Shown one piece after another: positions 12,294-24,402 of a DNA stretch of 64,000 bases (position 1 is its first letter; every line of letters starts with the position of its first letter). The stretch spans positions 62,001-126,000 of the forward strand of contig CDMY01000007.1 of assembly GCA_001179505.1 (NCBI GenBank), read 5' to 3'. A program made the translations under genes and the position numbers. The stretch comes from Vitrella brassicaformis CCMP3155. Taxonomy: Eukaryota > Protista > Chromerida. The notes under the pieces are model-generated. The model did not search any database. It saw only the letters and a list, made by a program, of their open reading frames with translations, and was not told the DNA's origin.

Positions 12294-13954
12294 ATAGCTC
12301 TATGGGTGCGGTGCGAGAGGGGCAGAGGGAGGGGTGGTTTTGTGCGTGTCGTTAGATTGTTTTTTCTTTCTCACGGTGGCATGGCACCCATTCTGCCCCG
12401 CCCTGCCCCGCCTTTCGAAGGAAGCAGAGCGGTTTTGCTGGCGTCTGGCGTGTTTTGTAGGCGTGTGGCGGACGGAATTGTTGTCAAGTTTGTAAGGCAC
12501 ACTTCGTAAGTGCACCAGTTAGGACAGTGAGTGGCACACACACACATACATAGATACATACATAGAAAGACTGTTCGTTCGATTGCCTCGCGGACTCGCG
12601 ACCAACACAGGCAGACAATGAAAGGCCGGCGGGGAGGGAGGGAGAGGGATGGAGAGGGATCGTCAATGGATCTGTTTACGGGCTGGCTTGGTGGGGCGGT
12701 GGGGGATGGGTATCCAGCACTGCATGCAGCATTTCATGATGAGAAATCTTTTGCCCGCCTGCCTGTCTGTTGACATGGCAGACAGGCAGGCTCAGGGAGA
12801 CACGACATGTGTGTCTGTATAGCTTTATAGTAGTGAGTGCAGTGTGCGTCATGTAATTACTGACGGCCCGCCCGTCATTCATTTACGTCTTTCTTTCGGC
12901 TCAGCTCTTTCTCTTGTGAGTGTCCCCCGTGCCAATCTATCTATACGATGTGGATGGATGTGTGAAAGTCTCCGTGGCGTTTTATAGCCTCTCGTCTCCG
13001 AGAGAGCGGCGGGCCAGCCGGGCAGGCAGGCAGGCAGAGAACGAGAGGAGAGACACATGGCGGTCCGGTCTGTCTGCTAAGTGTATATCACGTCATCCAA
13101 GGCGGTTCGCATTGGTTACCGCTCGCATGCGAGGTCTCAGATGTGAACGTATCTATGTATCTATGTATCTGTGTGTGTGTGTGTGTGTGGGCGTAGGTGA
13201 TATATTACTCCTTGCTTGCTTCCTTGATATTACCTTACCGTGAGTGCACAGCACATGTGTGTATCGATTGCATTGCATTGCACACATTTATTATGGAGGG
13301 AGGGAGGCGAGTACACAGGCAGGCAGGCAGGGGCTGGGGAAGCAATTAGCGGTTTGAGTAGCATAGCATATACAGAGCCATATTATATAGCATTGACTGA
13401 CCGACTGCTCGCACCGTCCCTTTCTCCCTCCTCTTTTATGCACACGCCCATCCAGACATCCAGCCATCTGTGTGCATGTGCGTGAGTGTGAGTGTGTGTG
13501 TGTGCCGGTTGATGGGCGGGGTGGGCGGGGCGGTAGACTAGGTAGCCGTGCATGCACCCGAAACAGGAGATGTATGTGCCGGTTGTGGCTGTGGCCGTGG
13601 ATGGGTAGAAAGATGGATAGATGGACGCTGCATGGTGCATGCGCGGATGCGGGAATGCATGTGTGCATGTATGTCTACGTGTGTGAGCGTGTGTGTGTGT
13701 GTCTATGTGTTTGTCTGACCGACCCTGGCTCCGTGTCAGTCGACTGACTTTCTCACCCTTATTTGTTCTTCCTTCCTTCATCTGGCCTGCATGGCATCAT
13801 CCATTACTTACGGAACACACAAGAAGAGTCTTTACACACGCACAGCACAAAAAAGCATGCAATGCACCACGAGCATGGTTTTGTCCATCCGGCAGGCAAC
13901 CCGACGTTCATCTGCCTATTCCGCCGCCCATTCAGTCAGCACCGACTTTTTCTT

Positions 13955-15546
13955 TCACTCTCCCTCCCTTGCCCCAAGCACCGCCCTCTCCCTAGGCCCT
14001 CTGTCTTCGTCTCCCCCCAACCGGTACCCCCCACTCTGGGGCCACACATGCCCACTCGGATCGGCCTCCCACTCAGTCTCGTCCGCATCTTTCCGCCTCA
14101 GCAGCGGCTGCAGCGCCGATTCTATGTGTTGGCGTATCTCTCGCCAGTTGCGGCCCATGAGCCAGAGCAGCAGGAGGACGGTGAAGGCCACCCAGTGCAT
14201 TGGGAGGTCTGACAGGGGGCGGTACACCTTGTCATACAGATAACGCCAGGCAGACCTGCAAACAGACAGGGACGGAGGGAGGGAGGGAGTATGATGCGGT
14301 GCGCGACGGACGGCGATTGTCCGTCGGCTGTGTGGGTGGGCTTTTGTGTGTACCGTTTCGGCTTCTTCATCCGCACTGTTTCGTCACCAACGGGCTTCTT
14401 CGCGTACCCCTTCGTCATGGCGGCGGGAGTGCCTGCAGTGCAGAGAAGGCATGTATATTGGCACAAACACGGTCGATCGATGAATGCACTTGGTGTGTGT
14501 CTTGTTTGTTGTCTCACCATCGAAGCATGGCACAGACGTGGCGTCCCCTGCCGCAGGGGAGTCCGATCCCTCATGCAGCGCCGCCAAGATGCTGTCCTCG
14601 TCCCTCACACGGCTGCTGTGCACCTCAAAGCCGGACAGGCGGCAAAAGTCATCGCTCGTCGATGTGACTGAACACACGAACCACAGGCAAGCAGATGAGA
14701 GCGGTGGGTTCGGTTGCGACATTTTCACTCCACTCACTCAGTCACTCACTCTCTTGCAGAGGGCTGCAGACGGAGTGGTGTGGCCCACAAGGCATCAGCT
14801 TCTCGGCGCTGCCTGAGGGGGCGGGGGAGAAGTAGTCGTCCCTGCATGAGGTGTACCACTCATCACACAGGCTGGCACACAGCAGCGGCACTCTGTTGCG
14901 CGTCTTGACCTCGGTGCCCACGTCGCCGTCACACACAGCACACCACACGCGGCTCGTGGCATCCTGACGGACGGAACGAACGGAAAGGACCACACCATAC
15001 GACGTATGAACACCGCGAGATTGATGAGTTGCCTTGCAAAGGTCCGATGCGGTGCCTTCGTCGCCGAAAGCCGCCACCAGTTTGCTCAGTATGCGGTCGG
15101 TGTGGATGCGCTGACAACACGCTGGGCGAACCAGACAGACAGACAGGCACTCAACTCAACGAACCGTTTGTTTATCCCACGCAATCCTCTGTGGCCTCTC
15201 CGCTCACTTCTCGCTTCATGCTCCGGGCAGAAAGACAGCAGGCCCCGTCGATCTCGAGGCACGTCCAGAGCAAAGTCCATCGACTTGGAACACAGACCTG
15301 CAATGCAATCACACACACACATATGGCACCACCCGAAGGACGCACCACAATGATATGAGTCAGTCGCATGCACAGCACTCACTGCTTACGTGTGTCCTTT
15401 CCATTGGGTGCTGCCTGCGCTCCCGTCGACAATGTCCAGAGCATCACCGCCAGGGCTGCCTGGAGAGTGCCGTGAAGGCACAGCAGAAAGGATCCTCGCC
15501 CGTCAGCTGCCATGAGAGATGAGCCAATGACGATAGGCAGCGCCAT
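13955..15546 (-). CDS. Folate-receptor-family (Folate_rec-like) Cys-rich membrane protein
   Basis: The spliced Cys pattern FCPEHEAR-TCC, CAVCDGDVG, LCASLCDEWYTSCRDDYF, CGPHHSVC, FCRLSGF and CFDG matches plant and protist folate-receptor-family proteins. There is an N-terminal hydrophobic segment and a C-terminal TM (WVAFTVLLLLWLM). Confidence 0.72.
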
Positions 15547-15677
15547 CGTTGTCCAGAGGACGCTAATCACGAGGCGCCTGGTCTGCTGCGAGCTCAAAAA
15601 CCTAGGGTGCTCCCTGAAACCGCTGGGAGCGGTGAGCCGCTGAACTGCAGACTTCAACTGATTTCGTCCGTCTAGGA

Positions 15678-16800
15678 ATGTCCGACTTCTTTGACAAGTA
15701 TCCCTGGGCGCTCTCCCGGTTGGACGGCCCTCACAGGATCAACCCTCGGAGGTTGGAGAACGAGTCACACTTGTCCATAGGCCCCTTCGGGGAACGGTTA
15801 CCGCCACCTGATTCGCCACGCGCCATCGCGGAACGCCGTGAGTGATCCACCCCACAGGACGCACCTTACTCCCTCTGGATCTTTCCCGCAATATATGAGC
15901 GATTGACTGTTTGGTTGCTGCAGATTATGGCGACTCGTTCCCGCCAAGTGCGCGAGATGCATGGGCCACAGCCCAGCGGATGAAGGTGACGACGCGCATG
16001 CGGCCCGGCTGGCTCGGCAACTCGGAGTTCATGGCCACCATGTGGGCGTCGATGGTCATGCCCGTGCTGCAGAGGGACGAGGACGACGAGCCCGTGCTCA
16101 AGTGGGTCGTCGGCGAGCAGCTCGTGCCCGCCAAATCGCTGTCTGAGGCGGACATCAGGCAGAGCTACATAGACGCCATCGTGCTGACGTCCCGTGGCCA
16201 CAAGGACGCCGTGCCCCCCGATCAGGTGCACACTCTCCTGTTTCCCGAGTATTGGCAGAAGAAGGGCAAGGGCAAGGGCGGGGGCAAGGGGGGCAAGGCA
16301 GGCGGTGGTGGTGGCGGTGGTGGCGGTGGTGGGGATGGCGGGGGTGCTGCTGCAAAGGCTGCCGGTGCCTCTTCATCCTCATCTGCTGCCGCGGCTAGTG
16401 CTGCTGCTCCCGGTGCGTCCTCATCTGCGCTGGCCGATAGTGGTGGCAACGGTGCGGGCGATGGGGAGACGAAGAAAAAGAAGAGGAACAGACGCAAGAA
16501 GAAACAGAACACCCAGCAGGTGGGTGAGGTCCGGTGCGAGAGAGGGAGGAAATTGTGGGTGGTGTCATGCGACATGTTGTCTGTACTTGTCAGGTTGCCG
16601 AGGACTCTCAGCCATCCGCATCGGCCGGCGACTCGCAGCCATCGGCGCCAGAGCCAGCTGAGAGCCACTGGATCGTCTTAGGAGTGGTGCGTGAGTTAGC
16701 TGAAGTTCATCCAGGTCGCGTGTTGTGCAGGTGCAGTGCTTCATGGTGCTTGGGGGGTGGGGTGCTGGTGACGTACCGACCGACCGACCGATGTGGATAA
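15678..16800 (+). CDS. Hypothetical protein with Gly/Ala/Lys-rich C-terminal region
   Basis: Exon 1 MSDFFDKYPWALSRL...AIAER splices in phase (GTGAGT...CAG) to YGDSFPPSARDAW...FPEYWQKKGKG. It continues through poly-G, poly-A/S and KKKKRNRRKKK. The 3' end is uncertain. Confidence 0.65.
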
Positions 16801-18869
16801 ATGTGTGTGCATGGCGATGGCGGGTGTGAGGGAGGGACAGGTTAGCTATTATCTGTGCATGCGACGGATGAGTCGATCAATCCATGTTTGGACAAATATA
16901 TCAATGGCATCACAACCCAGCCAGTGTCATGTCATGTTACAAAAGTATCTTCCTTCTCTCCCTCCCTCCCTCCCTCCCTCCCTCGAGCATCCGACCGACG
17001 AACCAACGAACGAACGACAGACTCTCTCTGTAGTTTCCTTCCCCTCAAGAATCCTTCCTCTCTCATGCGCTTTGCATCGGCAGACACACCGGGAAGCAGC
17101 GGGACAGGCGAGGGCAACCGAACGGCTCAGATCGGCTGCCCTAGCCTAGCCTTCTGAAATCCGGTGCATCTGCTCTGCACGACGGCGCACACGAAGCAAC
17201 GACTGAACTACATGATACATCGACGATACGTCATTCCCCCCCTCTGGGCGCTTGGCTTGGTTTCCGTCCTCCTGTGTTGCGCAAGCATAACACCCCATCG
17301 TCATCTGGCCATCGTGTTGCTTCGTGTACCGATGTGGTCGCCAATTTGCGCACACAACAAGAAAAACGATCAACCCAGACAGCGAATTCCACCCTTTCCA
17401 CTCTTTCGCTTTGCACTCGATCATCGCTGGCTCTCTCCTTCACCCTCTCGCTGCATTCGTTCACTCGTCCCTTCCGTCCGTCCCTCCCCTTTGCCTTGGG
17501 CAGCCTGGCCCTCTCCCTCTCTCTCTCACGGACATGCAGGTGTGTGCAACACAGACAGACAGAGACAGAGAGACAGACAGGTCGCCCAAAAAGACTTGCC
17601 CGCCTGGCCTGGATGGCACGTCGTTCCAGCCAGCGTCACATCCGTGTTTGGAGTGATGACGCAGACAGACAGACAGACAGGCAGGCAAAACCACAATCAG
17701 CCCTTCCACACCCCAACCCAGCCCACGGAGACGACAGACAGCCAGCCAGCCAGACGGACAGATGTACGTCCGGTAGGTATCTTCACCCACGACACGAAGG
17801 GATCGGATCAGGAAGCACAAGCATCCAATCCATGGCATGCACCAGCCAGGCAGCAGTTGGTTGGGTTCTCCCAGTCAGGTAGTCAGGTAGCAACAAGTAT
17901 GAATCATTTACAGTGCATATGAATGCAGCGATGTTTGTCTCTGTGTGTGTGTGTGTGTGTGGTTGCGTTGTGTTGTGTGCATCCATCTACTCTACTAAGC
18001 AGTGAGGTAAGTACATGCATTGCAAGTGAGTGAGATGTGAGGCGAGATGAGATGAGATGAGATGAGATGAGAGTGCGATCGGTCGGTCGGTCGGCCGGTA
18101 TGTAACCATGTGTGTGACGGGTGTGGTGTGATGACGGCACGGTCAGCCAGGTTAGTTAGAACAATGGCGCAAATCACTTTGACTCGCGCAGCCCCAGTCA
18201 GCCAGTCAGTCGAGGAGGACGTCACGTCCCTTGCTCAACGTCATCGTCCTCTCCTCTCCTTCCCCCTTGCCCTTCGGGTCTTCCCTCTACTAGTAGCACA
18301 CACCATGACATCCACACACACACGCACACACGCACTGGAGGGAGGGAGGGAGGGAGGCACATCAGTCACATTGGAAAAAGAACAAACGACGAGTCAAAAA
18401 AATCCGTTTGCCCAGTCATAGGTACAGGCCCCAGTCATTCTGTTGTGCATTTCTGCATCCACTGCATCCAGCCTGCCAGCCAGCCAGTCAGTCGTTGGTT
18501 CGGAAATCAATTTCTTGCGTCAGTCACGACAAAGTACTTGAAGAAAAAACAACGACAGAAAGAGAAAAAACAACCAACCCAGCAGCGTAGCATTCTTTGT
18601 GCACCCAGACAGACAGACAGACAGAGAGAAAGAGAGAGAGACAGCCAGCCGGGAGTGTGTGTGTTGAGTGTGTGTCTTGGTCCGACCATCCGTGAGACCA
18701 AAGAATCCATGGGTGGGCGAGTGAGTGAGTGACCCCCTCTCCTCCCTCCTCCCTCCCCCCTCCTTTCCCTTTAACATACGTACGTATGTATGTGTCGTGT
18801 TGACAGTACATACAGACATACAGGTGTCTAGCTGGCTGGCTGGCTGGCTGCGCGACGGATGGATGGATG

Positions 18870-21800
18870 GATGCCATCTAACCCGACCACCAGAACAACT
18901 GTCGCCTGCACACAGATCAGACACACACAGCACAAACAAAAGGGTACGTACGTCCACATGCCATGGATGCGCCCCGGTGGTTGGTTGGTTGGTTGGCCAC
19001 TGACTGACTCACCCACCAGTTGAATGTGAAGGGAGGCGGCCACGGCCCGTCGTACGCCGGCAACGTCGCCGTGCCTCTCCCCCCACCAGCACTCTCACCC
19101 CTACTCTCCTCCCTCCCCTCTCCCTCTTGCTTGTCCACCTTGACCCACTCATGTCCTAGAGAGCCGTCACCAGCAGCGTTGGTGGTGAACCTGACGCCCC
19201 TGCCCTCCTCTCTCTCCACCGGGCCTATGATCTCGAAGGTGTCCTGGTGGTGGTCCACACCCTGCTGCTGCTGCTGGTGGTGGTGCATGTGTGGGTTGCG
19301 TGATGACGAGCGTGACGAGAGCGGCAGGGCGGCGGAGCGGGTGACGTGTGGCACGTGGGGTGGCTGGTCCTCCTCGGGGATGGGGGGCGTCACGATCGTG
19401 TCGGGCAGAGTGTCATCAGACGGCTGCACGCACAAACCTGCAACAAGGAAGGACGGATCAGGCAGGCGACAAGCCATTGTCTGTCTGGTGGTCGCAGTGT
19501 GTGCCCTCGCGGCTTGCCTTGCCCACCTACCTTGTCCCACAGGGTGCTGGCCCTCCTCGATTTCGATCTCCTCCCTATTTTCCTCCTCCTTGCCCCCATC
19601 AGCCGCCCCCTCACATGCGTCCACAGCCTCAGAAGCAGCAGCTGCTGCTGCGGCACCAACACTGACCTCTCCCTCCCCCTCCCCCTCGCCGTTGGCCATG
19701 CGCGACGAAGACGACGACTCGAGTGCGCGCAGCTCCTGCAGCTGTGAGGGGCCCAGGTTGATGACGGGCGTCTTGCGTCGGCCCCGCACCCGCAGCTGGC
19801 GCAGCTGACGTCGCACAGGGTTGTAGAACTCGGGGTCCGATCGGTACAGCTCGTCGCGCCGCTCGTCCACCATCCCCGCCGTCTGTGGGTCGAACGACAC
19901 AACGGGGGGCGGCTCACGGGATGCAGAGCCTGGTGGCACACACGCCCAACACAATAAATGACATTGGTGAGTATGGGTGGGTGGGTGGATGGATGGCCTA
20001 CTTGCGGCAGCAGCGGCCGAGGTGTCGGATGTGCCCAGGCTGAGTGCCTGCAGCTCCGCCAGTTGGTCGGGTGAAAGTGGCGGTGGTCCGGTGTTCTTGC
20101 GTGTGCGGATGCGCTGGAACCTGACTTGCTGGCGGCTGGGGGCGTCGAACGAGTCGTCGTTGCCGATCTCCACGGGCGGGTGAGTCGAGATGGACGCGCG
20201 ACGACGGGCGTCCGTACCTGAACCAAGGAAGAGCCAACCAAAACACATACATGCAACATGAGACAGACGGGCCGCCTGTTATCTCTGTTGTCTCTGCCGA
20301 CTGACCTCCTGTGTCGGCGGTGCTGGGTTCTCCAGCAGCAGCAGCAGCCGCAGCAGCAGCGGACATCATGTCGCCCCGTGCGCTGGCCGCTCCCTGCAGC
20401 TGCCGCTGGCGCTGCTGCTCCTCCTCGCTGTAGTAGTGGTAGAACTCGTTCCGCAGCTCAGCCAACTCGGACTCGCTCAAGCGCACGTACCCTGTCTTCT
20501 TGCGACGACGACACAACTCTTGCCGCCGGCGGCGGCGGTCCGGATCGTCGAACGCACTTGTGTCGTCGGGGCCCAGCACGGACGGCGAGCCCTCGGTGAA
20601 CGACACCTTCCTCGGTATGCCCCCATCGCACTCGGGTGGTCGCAGCTCAGCCGCGGCCGCTGCTGCAGCCGATGTGCTGGTGCTCTCGGCCATGGGAGTG
20701 CTCATGTCGGCGTCGCAGCACATGAGGTCGCGCAGCTCAGCCCGCTGCTCGGGGGAGAGGGGGGTGACACCTGTCTTCTTGCGCCCCCGGATCATGCGGG
20801 CGCGGAGGTCCCGGCGGTCGGGGTGGTAGAAGTCGGCATCTGGCTCGCCGTCCTCGCCCGCCTGCTGGGAGGGGCCGAATGACACGTTCTTGCCGTTCTT
20901 GCCGACACGGCGGTCACGGTCACGGTCGCGGCCTCCGGGGGGACTCAAACCGGGTGGTCGGTGGCGCATGTATGGGTAGGGGTCGTGGTGCTCGTCTGAG
21001 GCTGTGAGGTCGTCTTCTGTGGGTGCGAACGCCGCCTGCAGCTCCTCCAGCTGGTCGGCCGTGAGCCGCGTGACGCCAGTCCTCTTGCGCGACCGGATGA
21101 GCTCGCTGCGGCGCTCGCGCCGCTCCGAGCTGAAGAAATCGTCATTGTCGTTGTCGTCCTCGTCGGTGTGCAGCCGTCGGTCCTCAAATGACACGTGGCG
21201 GCGCAGTGTGGCGCCCAGGTCCGAGTGGCGGTTGGTGGACTGAGTCGATGTACCTTGCCGGTGGTCGCCCACCCGGTCGTCAGCCCGCATGGGGGGCGAC
21301 AGAATGCTAACGGTGGCGCTCGCCGTGGCCGACGAGGGGGACCCCTCATCGTCACCATCCCGGCCACCCAACCCATGACCCATCTCGGATGGGCTCGAGA
21401 GGTCGCTGCTGCCCGCGGATTTCTTGGATCGGAGCGCGCTGAGGACGGGCAGCGTGAGGGGTGGGGGGTTGCGCAGGGTGGGGAGGCCACTGTCCTTGGA
21501 TGTGCTGTGCTGGAGGGAGCTGGTGCGGCTCATGAGGGACCGGCGCCTTCGGAGCCGGTTGCGAACCACGCGCTTGCGCTCCTGCGGGTTCGGTGTGCGC
21601 ATTTCCTCGTCGTCGCTGCAGGAGCCCTTCTCGGAGAGGCCGAAGGACGAACGGGACGATAGGGACAGGGCGGGGGAGGGAGCCTCAGCTCCTTCAATGA
21701 AGTGGCGAGTCGTAGAAAGAGCTGCACACACACACAACGCAACACACAACCAACACGTGGAGAAAGAAGTAGTCATCAGCCCAGCTGGCCCCCGTGTCTG

Positions 21801-22126
21801 TCTGTGTCTGCGTGTCTCGCTCGCTCACTTGATGTGCTGCCCAGGTCCAGGATGTGCCTCACGGCCTGTCCATATTGCTTCTTGAGCTCGTCAGCCGAAG
21901 GCGCCCGTGGGAAGAGGCTGTCAATGTCGTCCGAGTCGTCGTCCATGCTCGAGTAGCAGCTGCCCCACTGGTAGCGGGGACTGAGCACCTCATACGACTC
22001 GCGAATCACCTCCTCTTGGAACCGCACGTGCTTGGTGGAGGACGGTTCGGGACCCTTGGACATAGGGTGGATCGGGTGGGGGTCAGGGGAGTCACACTCG
22101 GGCAAAGGACAGCTGCTGTTGGCCAT
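18870..22126 (-). CDS. Large disordered protein with multiple RVxF-type motifs and five internal RKxT-helix repeats
   Basis: ATG at 22126, with in-phase GT-AG introns linking ORFs 21776-22126, 19998-21776 and 18917-20248. The last exon is uncertain. Confidence 0.75.
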
Positions 22127-22424
22127 GTGGTGTGAGCGAGAGGGAGAGAAATGAGCGTGACGAACGCGTATCGGTAACGCCTATGTTGACTGGTTGGTTC
22201 CTTTCAACTCGAAAGCACCGGGGACGTCTTCAAAGTGACAAGACAACATCCTAACGATCGCTCCGCTTGTTTCAGTTTGGTTTCGGATGTACCGATCCAC
22301 CTCTCTCCACTCTTCAAGCTCGCAGGCGTCAGGCCGGCTAGGGTGCTCCATGAAAGCTCGCAGCTCGGCCCGTGAAACGGCTCTCTCGAGCTTGGCCCCC
22401 TGAGTGCAGCTTTCGCAGGTGAGG

Positions 22425-24402
22425 ATGAAGCCATCGCTGCTTGCATCTACCACGCTCGTCGCCTTTTTTACCTCTCCCACCCACTCACATGCCCACCTCG
22501 AGGGTGCGAGGACAGCGTCGGCGTTCATTCCCGTGACGCCCAGCAGCTTCATTCGCAGACGGGCGGCGCTCTTCCATCCGAAGGCAGAGATCCGGCGAAA
22601 AGGTGATCTGTTCGCGACAGCTCCGAGCGATGTTTCTGCAACGAGGCCGCCTGCCTTTGCCGGGGGTCTTCGGCAAGCGCTCAAGACGGAGCCGGCCTCG
22701 CGTGTGGTGGGTGTGCTTCAAGCCATCGTGTGGCGGTTTCCGCGGGAAATCGGGCGGTTCATCTATCACCCGGTGCTGTTCAAGGTGAGCGCTGTGTCTT
22801 TGGTGACGGGCCTGCTGACCAAGGCGTTCCGCATGAACGAGTCGCTTGACACGCTCAAGAAGGACCAGGAGGAGGGCAAGACGGCGAGGGGGGAGCGGTT
22901 CCTGAAGGTGGCTGGGCGGTATGTGACGCCTTTGGGAGTGCTGTGGACGGCTTTGGCGTTTGTGTGGGCGCTTTGGTGGTACCCCTTGCTGCTGGCGTCG
23001 TGGCTGTTTTCGATGGCATTTGACCGCGACAGGCGCCGGCTGGTCGACTGGGTGGTGCAAAACTGGGCCAGATGCGTCATGGTCAACATGACCTATCAAG
23101 TCAAGGTGGACAGACAAGACAGGGAGAGAGGGCAAAACGAGACGACGACATGTTGTGCCTGGTGTGTGTGTGTAGGTGACGGGTTTGGCCAACCTGCCCC
23201 CTCCCGGCGAGAACGCCCTGTATGTGCCCAATCACACGTCGTTCCTCGACATCATGACGCTGTCGGCATACCTGCCGGCACGCGCAAAGTACATTTCCAA
23301 GGCGGAAATACTCAACATTCCTCTCATCGGTACCGTACGCACAAGCCAGCCCACGTACCGTACCCACACACATGGTGAGAGCTTATGAGTGAGTGTGTGT
23401 GGGTATTTGTGTGCAGGTTGGGCGATGCGAATGGCGGCGCACATCGCCATCCGTCGCGGCGACCGTCGGAGTCAGCTGCAGACCTTCAGGGAGGCCGTCG
23501 ACTCACTCAAGAAGGGAAACAGCCTCATTGCATTCGCCGAAGTCAGTGAAACGGACAGAGCGAAGACAGAAACAACAGAATCTAGGGGTGGTTTGTCCCT
23601 CCCTTTTCGTGTGATGGTTCATTGCAGGAGACCCGCAGTGTCGACGGCAGGCTCCGACGGCTCAAGCCTGGCACACTGAGGTAAACAAACAAACACCCGT
23701 AGCTAATGGCACGCATATCATATCATATCCACCGTGGATATGGGTGCTGTTTCCTTCCCACTCCCTCCCTCCTCTCCTTTCAGGATGGCTCAGAAGGCGG
23801 GTACCAAGGTGATCCCGGTGTCGCTGTGCGGCGTGCACAAGTGGTACCCCCAACGCGCATGGGTGCCACTGGGCATACCGGAAGGCGTCACCTTACACCT
23901 GCACCCACCCATCGACCCCACTGGTGGGTGCGTAAAGTCAACCTCCCCATGGCATGCAAGCCAAGCCATCAAAAGATAGCTATCCTTCCGTCTATCAGGT
24001 CGTGACGTCGATGACCTTCTGGACGAGGTGGCCACCGCCATCAACAGCGGCCTGCCGTCAGACCAGCGGGCGAGGTACCTCGAGGAGCAGCCAGACACTG
24101 AACCACAAGCAGAGGCAGGTGCTACCGCCACTGACACACGAACAAAACCAGAAGGAGAGACCACATCCACACCCACATCCACTGCCCCAACAGCTACCTC
24201 AGCATCCAGCACCCCAGCTGATCATGCGCAAGTGAGGCTGCCCGCCGTGTCCCTGTCAGCCAACGATAGCAGAAGCTCGGCCAAGGAGAATGCAGCGGCA
24301 GTTGAGGAGCCTCAGGCCGCGCAAGGCTCTCTCGTATCCATGATGGGTGGCGGTGGCGGGGGTGGGGGTGGTGGAGGCGGGTTGATGTTCGATTTCAACT
24401 GA
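22425..24402 (+). CDS. plsC: 1-acyl-sn-glycerol-3-phosphate acyltransferase (LPAAT), probably plastid-targeted
   Basis: Acyltransferase motifs are NHTSFLDI, SKAEILNIPLIGW, FAE-GTRS (spliced) and KAGTKVIPVSL. The N-terminus has a signal peptide, ASAF and an S/R-rich transit-like segment. Confidence 0.9.

Noticed and set aside
17164-17480. Non-repetitive intergenic stretch with an ORF
   Set aside because: The ORF runs into microsatellites, with no coherent exon chain or homology.
20218-20300. Possible non-canonical GC-AG intron in the repeat protein
   Set aside because: An upstream canonical GTCAGT donor gives the same phase.
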